DNA from: a virus
Taxonomy: Duplodnaviria; Caudoviricetes
IMG/VR virus record: IMGVR_UViG_3300015615_000196
Span: 224,001-288,000 of that record
Reading direction: 5' to 3' (one strand)
DNA: 64,000 nucleotides
A model generated the notes under the pieces. It worked only from the letters and a program-made list of their open reading frames with translations, did not search any database and was not told the origin of the DNA. Within the stretch, counting starts at the first letter, position 1; each line of letters begins with the position of its first letter. Of this stretch, positions 8,758-19,543 are shown one piece after another. The position numbers and the translations under genes were made by a program.

Positions 8758-10140
8758 ATGGACGAAAAAATCAAAATCCTGTTTTTCAACAAAGACGTTG
8801 CTGGTGTAAACTATTGGAGAACGCTTACTCCGGCAATGCAATTGGACATGTCACATTCTGACAAGTTCAAAGTGGAAATCAACCCGGACTTAAACTTCAA
8901 CAACTACGATGAAGTTCTCAACTATCTCAAGGGCTTCCACATCATCCACTATCACCGTTACATTTTACCGAACGTCACACAGACGGTTCAGCTTGCCCGT
9001 GAACTGAAAAAGAACGGAACAGTTCTTATCATGGACATAGATGACTACTGGTTACTTGACCGTACTCACCCGATGTATCCTACTGCCTTCGAAAAGAAGT
9101 TGCACTTTGACATCATCGACAACTTGAAGATCGCGGACTACGTAACCACTACGACTGATTTGTTTGCTTCTGAGATCAGAAGAATTACTGGTAAGGACAA
9201 CGTAATGGTATTCCCGAACTCGGTGAATCCTGAATGGATGAAACAATTTCAAGACAACAAAATCGTTGACGAAAAATTTGTACGTATCATGTACATGGCG
9301 GGTTCTTCTCACAAGAATGATATTCAGCAACTTGATGGCGTGGCAAACGCATTGAACTCAACTCTTGGTGTTCAAGATCAATTCAAGTTCCTTCTTGCAG
9401 GTTGGGACACGGAAGGTCATACGACCGATTTCAAATTCAATCAGGAATTTGCAACTGTGTTACAGAAGAGAAGATTGTGGGACAAAAAAATGATCAAACA
9501 AATCAACAAAACCAGAGGTGATGTTGATAAGATTGAAGGTCTTCCTGCCGACATTCGTAATGCGTTCAGAGGAAGAGTTTTTGATGTAAATGAACGTGCG
9601 ATTCACTCAACCGAATCAGTGTACCTTGACTATGAAAAGATGCTCACGGACAATTATCGTGTGATCAAAAATCAAGACTATTTGACTTGGTTGAATAAAT
9701 TTGAACGTGATAAGTATGCCGATGCTGCACTTGTAAATTACGAGAGAAGATGGACGCAGAAGGCGAATATCTACGCTCAGGTTCTTGACGAAGCCGACAT
9801 TTCTCTTGCTCCACTTGCAGACAACACATTCAACAGAATGAAGTCTAATTTGAAGCAGGTGGAAGTTTGGTCACGTAAGCTGCCGATCATCTGTACTGAC
9901 ATTCCACCGTACAACGTGGACGGTAAGCACATGAAAAACTGTATTCTTATTCCTTGGAAGAAACACAATGACAAGGAGTGGTACAAGGCAATCAAAACTT
10001 TGATCAAGGAGCCGAATCTCCGTGCTGATTTGGGTAACCAACTGTACGAAGATTTCAAGGTCAAGTATAACCTGAAACACGTAACAGAGGCCAGAGCGCA
10101 ATTCTATTCTACCGTAGCCACTATTTATCATTTAGTATGA
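8758..10140 (+). CDS. GT-B (GT4-like) glycosyltransferase
   Basis: MDIDDYW, ADYVTTTT, PNSV, DISLAPLADNTFNRMKSNLKQVE...PIICTDIPPY. Confidence 0.85.
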   Translation: MDEKIKILFFNKDVAGVNYWRTLTPAMQLDMSHSDKFKVEINPDLNFNNYDEVLNYLKGFHIIHYHRYILPNVTQTVQLARELKKNGTVLIMDIDDYWLLDRTHPMYPTAFEKKLHFDIIDNLKIADYVTTTTDLFASEIRRITGKDNVMVFPNSVNPEWMKQFQDNKIVDEKFVRIMYMAGSSHKNDIQQLDGVANALNSTLGVQDQFKFLLAGWDTEGHTTDFKFNQEFATVLQKRRLWDKKMIKQINKTRGDVDKIEGLPADIRNAFRGRVFDVNERAIHSTESVYLDYEKMLTDNYRVIKNQDYLTWLNKFERDKYADAALVNYERRWTQKANIYAQVLDEADISLAPLADNTFNRMKSNLKQVEVWSRKLPIICTDIPPYNVDGKHMKNCILIPWKKHNDKEWYKAIKTLIKEPNLRADLGNQLYEDFKVKYNLKHVTEARAQFYSTVATIYHLV

Positions 10141-10161
10141 TCTTACTAATTGATAATCAGT

Positions 10162-10602
10162 ATGGACTATGAATACATTAGATATTTGATGCTCTACACG
10201 GATCAAAAGTATCCGTTTGAAATGGCAAAATCCGATCCGGGATTAGCCGAAGGTTTGCGAAGTGTCAACACCTACATGGCGAAAAATGGTAGAAGAAAGT
10301 TGACCGATGCAGAAGCTGGACGCATCCTCATGACGGAGAGAACGATAAGAAGACAAGTTCGTGATATAGACAGAGACTACGAACCGGGTGATCAAGCACC
10401 AGTGGCAGCACAACCGCCACAGAAGACACAAGCAGACCTTGAAAGTGAATTGGCTTTATTAAGAAAGGCAATTCAGGAAAAGGAAGCTGAACTCAGAAAC
10501 AGTGCCGTTCACAAGATTAGTTCTCCGACACAAACAAAAGGTGATAGTGGTATCATCGAACGTAACTTAAAAGACACTGGATACAGTGACAAAATAAATT
10601 AA
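10162..10602 (+). CDS. hypothetical protein
   Basis: ATG 10162 downstream of TATTTAT at 10122. Confidence 0.6.
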   Translation: MDYEYIRYLMLYTDQKYPFEMAKSDPGLAEGLRSVNTYMAKNGRRKLTDAEAGRILMTERTIRRQVRDIDRDYEPGDQAPVAAQPPQKTQADLESELALLRKAIQEKEAELRNSAVHKISSPTQTKGDSGIIERNLKDTGYSDKIN

Positions 10603-10606
10603 CACA

Positions 10607-11107
10607 ATGAGTAACTTTTTGACCCGTTTAAAAGAAAGTCTTGACACAGGAAAACAGGACGACCAATTGAAATCACAGATGGAGGAAACTTTGGCTAATG
10701 CCGATAAGTATGGTTCAGGAGATTTTAGTGCACTTGAAAAGAAAGCAGAAGCTGCTGTTGCCAAAAGAAAACCTTTGACCCCGGAAGAGATTGCCAAGAT
10801 AAACGAAGAAGCCGCAGCACATCAAAAACGCATTGATGAATTTGATGCAAAGATGAAAGAACTTGCAAAGTTGAAACTTGCAGAACAAGATGCGCAACAA
10901 AAAGAGTTGGAAGCAAAACAAGAACCGTTTGTGTTGTTGAATGTTGTTAAGAAGGAGGTTCTTAATCCACCAACAGAAGGAGTGAGTGAACTTGTACTAC
11001 AGGATAGTACTGGTAAACCAATAACGAGCGATCAGCTTTTCGATAAGTATGATTATCCCAAGAAAGAGGATACTAAGTTAGAAGAGAGCAATGATAAATT
11101 GGTTTAA
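10607..11107 (+). CDS. coiled-coil hypothetical protein
   Basis: Charged helical ORF in operon. Confidence 0.65.
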   Translation: MSNFLTRLKESLDTGKQDDQLKSQMEETLANADKYGSGDFSALEKKAEAAVAKRKPLTPEEIAKINEEAAAHQKRIDEFDAKMKELAKLKLAEQDAQQKELEAKQEPFVLLNVVKKEVLNPPTEGVSELVLQDSTGKPITSDQLFDKYDYPKKEDTKLEESNDKLV

Positions 11108-11963
11108 AAGGCTATTTGCATCAGCCACACTATCACTATTCTTTGCTCTCAAACGTGTTGATGATGAACTTCGTGCTGACCCAATCGATTTGTTCAAAAC
11201 AGAACATCGAGCGGAGATCAGAAGTATATTCGAGCGTTTTGATGAAAAGTATGTTGAACGTTTCTATGAGATTTTAAAGAATGCCGACAAGTTCTTACGA
11301 ACAGCAAATCCCGCCAAGATTCAAAGGGCAGCAGGTAAGTTCGGATTGAACTACGGTATGAAGGATCATCATGGAAGACGCTTTGAACACTACGGCTTCT
11401 TTGACGAGAAGCATAGGTTCGCAGGTAAATCACTGAAAGAAGTTCGTGATTTGGAAGTTGCAGAAAAACAAGTGCAGGATGACGATTATCCGGTAATCGT
11501 GATGTATCAGAACAAGAAGGAATTCTCGTTTAATGAAAGTGCAGCAATGGTTCTTTTCAACAAGAGAGGATTATTTGCACCGGAGATTCACGAACTGGCA
11601 AGAATGAAGAAGTATCCTTTACTTGTAGTAAGAGATAAAGTTGTTGCAAACAGAATCGAGCAGTTGACCGAGTATTTGCACGTAAAGCAGATCACCAGCC
11701 AACACAAGATTCTCGAATTCATGATACCAAAGAAATTCGGACTTGAAAAAATTGAGGACAGTGATCCAATATTCAAAGAGTTGATCAACATCGATCAGGT
11801 GTGGTTTAAGGATGAATATGGTGATCGCAACTCATACAAGGTTCAAGAATTCTTTAAGCGCAGTGAGCACAATAAATTTAAACCGGATGGTGAACTCAAT
11901 CCTCACGGATATGACGTAATAAAATTCAAGGCTACCGACATAATTGAAATGGGTAGACCGTAA
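11091..11963 (+). CDS. hypothetical protein
   Basis: 290-aa ORF, coupled. Confidence 0.7.
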   Translation: MINWFKRLFASATLSLFFALKRVDDELRADPIDLFKTEHRAEIRSIFERFDEKYVERFYEILKNADKFLRTANPAKIQRAAGKFGLNYGMKDHHGRRFEHYGFFDEKHRFAGKSLKEVRDLEVAEKQVQDDDYPVIVMYQNKKEFSFNESAAMVLFNKRGLFAPEIHELARMKKYPLLVVRDKVVANRIEQLTEYLHVKQITSQHKILEFMIPKKFGLEKIEDSDPIFKELINIDQVWFKDEYGDRNSYKVQEFFKRSEHNKFKPDGELNPHGYDVIKFKATDIIEMGRP

Positions 11964-11985
11964 CATTAAATCAAACACAATATTT

Positions 11986-12387
11986 ATGGACGCACAAGAT
12001 CACACAATTCAGGGAGGATCGTTGACAGCACAGAACCATACTCACTTTCATCACAACAACGCGAATGCAGTTAATTTTGTGCATGTAGGAGACGGTAGTT
12101 GGGGCACATCAACATCAAGTTGGGAACCCTATGGTGAGAAGAACGTAGTTGATGTAAAAGTCGATGATGAAACAATTGAGATCACGTATATTCAACGTGC
12201 ACTCTATTCGTACACGACAATCAACAGTAGTTTCACTATCGGTGGCCCTCAGCAAAGTTACCACAACCCTGACAGAGTGTTCAAGGAAGTTTACGGTGTG
12301 AAAGATGGCAAGTTAACATTGGTGAAAACCATTCAAGGACGTGTTATTCCACCACAGCCGAACGAAACTTATGAATTTGATGAATAG
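11986..12387 (+). CDS. hypothetical protein
   Basis: Probable ATG at 11986 overlapping a TATTTAT motif. Confidence 0.6.
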   Translation: MDAQDHTIQGGSLTAQNHTHFHHNNANAVNFVHVGDGSWGTSTSSWEPYGEKNVVDVKVDDETIEITYIQRALYSYTTINSSFTIGGPQQSYHNPDRVFKEVYGVKDGKLTLVKTIQGRVIPPQPNETYEFDE

Positions 12388-12420
12388 TAGTTGTTTTCTC
12401 GTTTAGTTTTAGTTTTTTCG

Positions 12421-12448
12421 AAAAATCCGCTTAAAAAACGGATTTTTT
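12421..12448 (+). terminator. intrinsic terminator
   Basis: AAAAATCCG-loop-CGGATTTTTT. Confidence 0.6.
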
Positions 12449-12467
12449 GTATTTATAGAAAATACTT

Positions 12468-12875
12468 ATGCCAGCCATCAATATCAAATTTCCTCTTGAA
12501 GATGACGTTGAAAAGAACGTGCTGTTCAAGCAGAACAATGTATCGAAAGATGCCCTTGTTTCCAACTTGCTTTTGTTGCTTTTGACCGATGAAGGGGAAA
12601 GATTTTACATGTCCGACTATGGTATCAATCTCAGAAAATACATATTCGAACCAAAGGATGGCGTAACCGAAGCAGAAGTCACAGAAGAGATTAAAACAAG
12701 AGTAAGACAATTCATTCCGCAGCTTACCATCAATAGAGTACAGTTTTTCCATGCGGAGGAAGATCAGGACGGTAATCCACTTATGGAAAATGAGGTTAAC
12801 GTCCATATTGACTTCACCTACGGTAGTGATGTGTTCAGCGATACAGGTAGCGTAGAGATAACATTTCCAGCATAA
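12468..12875 (+). CDS. baseplate wedge protein, gp25/GPW-like
   Basis: NLLLLLLTDEGERFYMSDYGINLRKYIFEP is the gp25 signature. Confidence 0.85.
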   Translation: MPAINIKFPLEDDVEKNVLFKQNNVSKDALVSNLLLLLLTDEGERFYMSDYGINLRKYIFEPKDGVTEAEVTEEIKTRVRQFIPQLTINRVQFFHAEEDQDGNPLMENEVNVHIDFTYGSDVFSDTGSVEITFPA

Positions 12876-12887
12876 TAACAGATAGCA

Positions 12888-14741
12888 ATGGCAGATCAAA
12901 TTTCATTCAATAAACGTACTTTCACCGAATATCGTGACGAATTGGTTTCGATGATAAGAGAAATGTATCCAGAAGTATTCACAGACTTCACGGATTCAAG
13001 CGTTGGTTCAATGCTTATTGATTTGAACGCAGGTGTTGCGAACAATCTCTCAGTAAATACCGACAGAGCATTTCAAGAAACACAACTTGAAAATGCACAA
13101 CAAAGACAATCAATTCTCAACATAGCAAAAAACTTGGGATTCAACATACCGGGTAACCGTGCATCGGTAACTGTAGTTGATTTCAGCGTACAAGTTCCAG
13201 TAAGAGGCGACAGACCAAACGAAACTTACCTTCCGGTTATTCAGGCAGGTGCACAAGTATCGGGTGGTGGGAAAATTTTCGAAACCTCAGATGCTATCGA
13301 CTTCAATAGTGCATTCAGTATCTTAGGCGATCCGAACAGAGCAGAGAGTCCAAACTTTGATGGTAACGGTATTATTCAAAGCTATACAATTACAAAGAGA
13401 GAAGTAGTACTTAATGGTGCTACCAATATTTTCAAGAAGATTATTACCGATACCGAAGCAGCACCATTCTATTCGTTGTTGCTTCCTGACAGTGATGTAT
13501 TAGAGATTACATCAATCATTCTTTTGCCGGGAACAAACTATTCTGGCAATCCAACTGACGCAGATTTTTCAAATCCAGATAACAGATACTATGAAGTTGA
13601 TTATTTGATTCAGCAACGAGTGTTTGTTGATGATCCTAATGGTGGAACAACAAATGCAACGACTGGTGGCACAGGTATCAGAGCAGGAAAGTGGATGGAT
13701 GTCACCAAGAAATTCATCAAGGAATTTACGAGCGCAGGTTTATGCAAAGTAACGTTCGGTGGTGGTAATGGCGATCTTGATTTCTTTTTGGATGGTTTTG
13801 CAAAGGCCGGAGTAACCAACCAGCAATTCTTAAATAACTATTTGCTCAATACATCATTGGGTGAGAAGTTGAAAAAAGACTACACGTTATTCGTAAGATA
13901 TAGAACGGGTGGTGGTACATCATCAAACATTGGTTCAAACGTACTTAGCAGCGTTGGTAATATCAACATGATCATCAACGGGTCAAGAGACGACTTCAAT
14001 AAGCAAGTACGTAGAAGTTTAAGAGTGAACAACCCAATTCCTGCAATTGGTGGTAATGATGGGTTGAGCATCGAACAGATTAGAAATTTGATCAAGTACA
14101 ATTTCAGTTCTCAATTTAGAGACGTAACAATCAATGACTACTTGTTCCAAGTGTACAAAATGCCGGGTAAATATGGCTCACCTTTCAGAGCAAATGCTTT
14201 CAAAGAAAATAACAAGGTGGTTATTTCAATCATTGGAAAGAACAGTGATAATACATTGAACAACACCAGCAACACATTACTACAAGAAAACATTACAGAG
14301 TACTTAACAGAATTCCGTATGGTTAATGATTACGTTGAAGTGCGAAATGGTCAAATATTCAATCTTGCATTAACTTTCGACATCTTCATAGCTGATTCAG
14401 CTAATCAAGGTGAATTGGCAAACAATGTCATTCAAACCGTAAGTGCCTACTTCGATGTAAACACCACCCAAATGAATGAAGACATTTTCTTGGGTGATCT
14501 TTTAAACTCGATAAATGACATCAATGGTGTAATCAACATCATTTCGTGCAAGGTCTTCAATAAAGTCGGTAACGGTTACTCGTTAAACGAAATTGGTCAG
14601 GAATATGTGGATGAAACAACAAAAGAAATCAAATTGATTAACAATACTGTCTACAGTAGTGAAGATTCAATGTTTGAAATCAAGTATCCTCAAAAGGACA
14701 TTGTATTATATCTAAGAAAGAAGACTGACTTATTTAAGTAA
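12888..14741 (+). CDS. baseplate wedge subunit (T4 gp6 / baseplate J-like)
   Basis: DFTDSSVGSMLIDLNA, ETQLENAQQRQSILNIAKNLG, AIGGND..SIEQIR, RDVTINDY; follows gp25. Confidence 0.8.
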   Translation: MADQISFNKRTFTEYRDELVSMIREMYPEVFTDFTDSSVGSMLIDLNAGVANNLSVNTDRAFQETQLENAQQRQSILNIAKNLGFNIPGNRASVTVVDFSVQVPVRGDRPNETYLPVIQAGAQVSGGGKIFETSDAIDFNSAFSILGDPNRAESPNFDGNGIIQSYTITKREVVLNGATNIFKKIITDTEAAPFYSLLLPDSDVLEITSIILLPGTNYSGNPTDADFSNPDNRYYEVDYLIQQRVFVDDPNGGTTNATTGGTGIRAGKWMDVTKKFIKEFTSAGLCKVTFGGGNGDLDFFLDGFAKAGVTNQQFLNNYLLNTSLGEKLKKDYTLFVRYRTGGGTSSNIGSNVLSSVGNINMIINGSRDDFNKQVRRSLRVNNPIPAIGGNDGLSIEQIRNLIKYNFSSQFRDVTINDYLFQVYKMPGKYGSPFRANAFKENNKVVISIIGKNSDNTLNNTSNTLLQENITEYLTEFRMVNDYVEVRNGQIFNLALTFDIFIADSANQGELANNVIQTVSAYFDVNTTQMNEDIFLGDLLNSINDINGVINIISCKVFNKVGNGYSLNEIGQEYVDETTKEIKLINNTVYSSEDSMFEIKYPQKDIVLYLRKKTDLFK

Positions 14742-15427
14742 TGAGTTTGATAAGACGACAGATTCAGTATCAGAGTGGAGCGACCGAATACAATTTCAAT
14801 ATTTTACTCACTGCAAGTGTTAAAGATTGGGGTTTTTTCGATACACTTGACGACACAGAAATGGTCGGACAGATTAACTATGCCGATAGACCAACAACCT
14901 ATGCTGGTAATCAACCCTACGTAAACAGCTACAATTTTTCAAACTATACACCGGATGATTTTCCATCGGGGTTCACGTATACTGTGACCGGGGAATCATT
15001 CAGTCGTCTCAATGAACTTGAGAAGTACGTGGTATCAAATGATCCGAATGTAAAGTACTTCCCATACACTGGTGGAACTGACGGATTAAGCGGTTTCACA
15101 ATTAACGCATCCATGACGGCTTTCACCTACTACGTGGGTGGGATATTGTACACGGATTTGACGGTTAGTGGATCAAGTGCAACGACAACCACATTTTCAT
15201 TCAACGCAATCACAAATAACCCCCTCAATTTTGACAATAAGCGTATCGTAAAATTTGAGAATAAGCAGAACATGGTGGAGAATCCACGAGTTGGAAAGGA
15301 TGTATTTATTGTAAGACAGCAACAGCCTGTATTTGAACGAAATTACCGATTAAGAGCGGTAAATAGCTTAAATGACACGTTGACGTATGCTGGTGGGAAT
15401 TATTTTACAATTTTCGATAACACATAA
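14741..15427 (+). CDS. putative virion structural protein
   Basis: Beta-rich T/S/N/G composition within the baseplate operon. Confidence 0.55.
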   Translation: MSLIRRQIQYQSGATEYNFNILLTASVKDWGFFDTLDDTEMVGQINYADRPTTYAGNQPYVNSYNFSNYTPDDFPSGFTYTVTGESFSRLNELEKYVVSNDPNVKYFPYTGGTDGLSGFTINASMTAFTYYVGGILYTDLTVSGSSATTTTFSFNAITNNPLNFDNKRIVKFENKQNMVENPRVGKDVFIVRQQQPVFERNYRLRAVNSLNDTLTYAGGNYFTIFDNT

Positions 15428-15430
15428 GAT

Positions 15431-16345
15431 ATGGCAATAGGAACCTTTGGAAATATCAGACCAGCCGACATTAATCCTGCTGATTTAGAAATTTTCTACA
15501 CGTATGCAGTCAATAGAGAAACCGCACCAATTGGTTTCACTGCTTTGACGGCAACAGAAGTATTGACGGAATTCACAATTCCATCAAGCGATCCGAACTT
15601 TGTGAGTGGAGAAGAAAACTTATTGGGCGGCATGTACAACCTTACGCTCAAAGCATCTATCTTCAACCAGTTTGGTATCTACACGATCTTCATCAGACCA
15701 AAAGCAATTCGTACTACGATTACAGATTGCGGTGTATTGTCATCACTCCCATCTGTAAAGGGTATTGTTCTTAATGTGAACGACCTTGACGCAAGTTTAA
15801 GAGGTAACAATGCACTTCAAGGATACCGTGTAGAGTATATTCAAAACGATGGTACTAAATTGAGAAACGTAGTTCGCTACGTGACCACCTCAAACAGAGT
15901 TGTACCTGTAACCGACAACATTTCGAACACGAGCCAAACGGCAGTACGATACAGATTCGATGACTCTGGTAATTTATTGTTCTTACAAGTGACACCGAGC
16001 AGTGCATCGGCAGTAAAGCCAAATATCACTCCGTTTATCGGATCACCGAACCAGAGCATATTGCTTTCAAACACCAACGTCAATCCTGAAACGATTGAAG
16101 TTGAAATTGTTGAAAACACAATTGATAGCTTGGTTGATTACGTTGCTGGTGAACAAATCAGAGACGTGAAGAAAGGTATCTTGACCTACTACGATAAAAA
16201 CAGAGCGATCACAAGACAGTTTGACGTGTACGACATCGAAGACAACATCAATCAGGAAGAGTTATTTGAAGTTAAACAAAAGAGAGAAACCATTGACAAC
16301 AGTCAAGATTTTGATACTGTTACTGGTGACGTGACCGGATCGTAA
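15431..16345 (+). CDS. putative baseplate/virion structural protein
   Basis: Position in structural operon. Confidence 0.6.
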   Translation: MAIGTFGNIRPADINPADLEIFYTYAVNRETAPIGFTALTATEVLTEFTIPSSDPNFVSGEENLLGGMYNLTLKASIFNQFGIYTIFIRPKAIRTTITDCGVLSSLPSVKGIVLNVNDLDASLRGNNALQGYRVEYIQNDGTKLRNVVRYVTTSNRVVPVTDNISNTSQTAVRYRFDDSGNLLFLQVTPSSASAVKPNITPFIGSPNQSILLSNTNVNPETIEVEIVENTIDSLVDYVAGEQIRDVKKGILTYYDKNRAITRQFDVYDIEDNINQEELFEVKQKRETIDNSQDFDTVTGDVTGS

Positions 16346-16346
16346 T

Positions 16347-19300
16347 ATGGCAAAGATAAAGGTAATAAATAAGAGAGACGGCAAAACAGCCGTTGGTAGT
16401 TCGTTCAGAAACATCCCGTCTGAAACTATTTTCAGTTTTGGTGATTTTTCGGTTGAAACGAACTTTAATACTCGTGTTGTTAAAAACTATAGCAACACTC
16501 TCAGTTCCTTTGTAAAACCAATTACGCTTGAGACTCTAAATGTTACACCGGAAGATTCATTGAAGATAATGAACTTCTCGACCGATGTAAAACTGAACCT
16601 TCAATTATCGGATATTGGTTCGTATGTGAGATACGGATCAACAAAGGAACTTTTGAGAGTTTCGGTTGAGAATATCATCGCAGAATTTCCTTCAAGTTTA
16701 TTCTTATCGTATCAAACAGATACAAGTAAGGTATACTCGGTATTCAACTACAGCTACAATCCTATTTTGGACGTGTCTACGTTTGATATACCATACAACG
16801 CAGTTCACAACACCTTTGGTTTATCAATCAACGAAGGAAATGAACAGTTACCACAAAATAACGTTCTAAGAAACTTAAATATCAGCTACAACAACTACGT
16901 CATTTGGCGTAGTGAGTTTGCTGATGACAATACCCATCAAGTACTCGGATTTACTGGTCTCTCAAATACCAATCCATTCATTCATGTGGTTGTTGCTGGT
17001 GATCCATTCCCGGAAATGACCTCTGGCTTTACAACTCAGGACTTCAAGAACTATCACATGAAGCCTATGCCGTTGTATTTCAACAAGTTCTTTGAAGACT
17101 TGACTCAATTGGAGAAATACATGGTATCTGATAAGGTTGATTTGGGTTACCAAATGATTTTTAAGAAGGCATTCATTTCAGAAGATAGTACTGTTACCTA
17201 TGCAAATCAGACAGTCATTTGGACAACTGGTGACGGTTACAACATTGACATCACTGGCGCACAATACAGCAAGTTCTTGGACGATCTTGGTGATCTTGGC
17301 GATGACTACGATAAGTTCAAGACTGATACAATCATTCGTATGCTTGTACCTCAGTCGTTGTTACAGTATGATACTACCGAAGAAGGTAAGATGTCAAAGT
17401 TGCTCAGAGTATACGGTAGAAACTTCGATAGTATCAAAGTTTATGTTGATGCTCTTGCATACGTAAACACATTTACCTACGATAAGAAAGATAACGCACC
17501 TGATGTAATTGTAAAGAACTTTGCAAAGACATTAGGATGGGATGTAACCACATTGGTTACCGATGATGACTTATTGAGCAGCGTATTCTCGACCACCTCA
17601 ATGAATAAGGACGATGTAACACCACCAGAGGTCGATATTGAACTTTGGAGACGAATTGTCATCAACACAAATTATCTTTTTAAAGCAAAAGGTACTCGTC
17701 ATGCATTGAAGGCTATGTTTTTGTTGGTTGGTATCCCCGAACCATTCATTGACATCAAAGAATATGTTTACACGGTAGATCAGGTAATCGATCCAAATAC
17801 AGTAACCGTAAGTCTTGCTGATTTACCTTCGGCATCTTTACCCTACAACGTTCAAGGATACCCAATTGCCCCGATTGAGACAGAGAAGTTCTATTTCCAG
17901 ATTAGCGGTAGCACCGATTCTGGTCAGGCATATATTGACAACTATAGAAAGGTTGGCTTCAAGGTTAACAGAACAGAAGATAACAAGAAATCATGGGTAA
18001 AGGCAGGTAGTGTTGAGAGAATACACTATTCAACGCCAAACTACTATCAGCGTGACAGCAATTTGATCATCAATACAAAAGAAGTTGATGCAACTCTCGA
18101 CATCGCAAGAGGTATCGAGTACGACATGTTCAAATATAACGTTGAACAGAACTTCCCTATCACAAATACTGGTAGAACCAAGCCGTTTATCTACATCAAC
18201 ATTGCAGCAAGCTATGGCGTATCTGCAAACACATTCACGTTACCCGAAAATGCACAGGGGGATATACAAGTTAACTTCAATGGTTTCAACTTAAAGAAGG
18301 GAACGGATTACACTCAGATCGGTTTGAATCAAGTTCAATTGATTGGTGGTGTCGCACAAACACTTTCAAACGGAGAGAAAGACATAATCACGCTTACCTA
18401 TGCTAACGATCATAATAATACGGGCTTCTACAATCAGGTCAGCTTCGTGGTTACGGCAGTTGCAGCAAACATCAGTGGTATGGTAATTCCATTACCAGAA
18501 GTACCGTTGGGTGAAGTTCAGTTGAGTGTAAACGGAGTGAGCCTTGCAAAGGGCACTACGTTGTATACTGGCGACTATATTACGAATCCGGGTAACCCAT
18601 CAGAATTGTTAGTGGTTAACAGTTCGTTGATGACATACTTGCAAACCAATCCAATTGTGGTTATCTCGTATTTCAAGTCAACACAACCAGAAACACTACA
18701 GAAAAAATCAGAAGTATTCCGTGTTGATAGTTTTAGCAGTGCAAAGTTCTTCTTTAACATTTCGTTGAGCAAGTACACTTATGTGATGGACTATGAAGCA
18801 CCAGACGTATCTGCAATAAAGGTCATTGTTAATGGTTTGACACTTCAAAACACAACGGACTTCATTTTGAATCCTACGAATAAGAAACAAATTTTATTCA
18901 ATACCAGTGGTATCAATATAGGTTACATCATTCACGTATTCTATGTTATCGATACTTCCGCACCAGATGTACCGATTACCTTTGGTGACTTTGTGTTCCC
19001 GGATTTCTCTACAATCAGTTTCTTGGAGTATCTCGAATTGATCAATAGAAGATTGATTAACGTTAAGAACAGAAAGACACTTACTGATCATGAAGGTGGC
19101 ATCTATCCTACAGTACAAAAGCTGTATGAGGAATATCTCAAGAGAAGTTTTGCTCAACCTCCGATTACACCAAGTAACGGATACACGTTCTACAACTTGT
19201 ACCCATTCATCAACAAATTCAATGCTTACTTCCATAAGTTCATTGACCAGATGTTGAGTGCAACAATCATTTTGAAGAAGGGCGGGGTAATGGTTCGTAA

Positions 19301-19529
19301 TACAGACTATACAAAACAGAAGTTCCCGTATCGTAGAGGTGTGAGTTTTATTCAACTTTTAAATCATTTAGGTGATGACGGTTCGGAATTTAAAGTAGCA
19401 GTACCTGCACCAGCAGCAGTGGCATTGTATATCTTCCGTGATGACGAGAACGAACCAGCCTACATTTATCAGGAAAATGAACATCGTCCACCCTATTTAT
19501 TTGTAGAAACCGAAATAACACCACCATAA
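16347..19529 (+). CDS. baseplate wedge/tail protein (P2 gpI-like core with inserted beta-repeat modules)
   Basis: AKTLGW...LWRRIVINTNYLFKAKGTRHAL core; repeated (V/I)x(F/V)NG-x-x-L...DY/DF modules. Confidence 0.6.
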   Translation: MAKIKVINKRDGKTAVGSSFRNIPSETIFSFGDFSVETNFNTRVVKNYSNTLSSFVKPITLETLNVTPEDSLKIMNFSTDVKLNLQLSDIGSYVRYGSTKELLRVSVENIIAEFPSSLFLSYQTDTSKVYSVFNYSYNPILDVSTFDIPYNAVHNTFGLSINEGNEQLPQNNVLRNLNISYNNYVIWRSEFADDNTHQVLGFTGLSNTNPFIHVVVAGDPFPEMTSGFTTQDFKNYHMKPMPLYFNKFFEDLTQLEKYMVSDKVDLGYQMIFKKAFISEDSTVTYANQTVIWTTGDGYNIDITGAQYSKFLDDLGDLGDDYDKFKTDTIIRMLVPQSLLQYDTTEEGKMSKLLRVYGRNFDSIKVYVDALAYVNTFTYDKKDNAPDVIVKNFAKTLGWDVTTLVTDDDLLSSVFSTTSMNKDDVTPPEVDIELWRRIVINTNYLFKAKGTRHALKAMFLLVGIPEPFIDIKEYVYTVDQVIDPNTVTVSLADLPSASLPYNVQGYPIAPIETEKFYFQISGSTDSGQAYIDNYRKVGFKVNRTEDNKKSWVKAGSVERIHYSTPNYYQRDSNLIINTKEVDATLDIARGIEYDMFKYNVEQNFPITNTGRTKPFIYINIAASYGVSANTFTLPENAQGDIQVNFNGFNLKKGTDYTQIGLNQVQLIGGVAQTLSNGEKDIITLTYANDHNNTGFYNQVSFVVTAVAANISGMVIPLPEVPLGEVQLSVNGVSLAKGTTLYTGDYITNPGNPSELLVVNSSLMTYLQTNPIVVISYFKSTQPETLQKKSEVFRVDSFSSAKFFFNISLSKYTYVMDYEAPDVSAIKVIVNGLTLQNTTDFILNPTNKKQILFNTSGINIGYIIHVFYVIDTSAPDVPITFGDFVFPDFSTISFLEYLELINRRLINVKNRKTLTDHEGGIYPTVQKLYEEYLKRSFAQPPITPSNGYTFYNLYPFINKFNAYFHKFIDQMLSATIILKKGGVMVRNTDYTKQKFPYRRGVSFIQLLNHLGDDGSEFKVAVPAPAAVALYIFRDDENEPAYIYQENEHRPPYLFVETEITPP

Positions 19530-19543
19530 GAACTGATTAATAT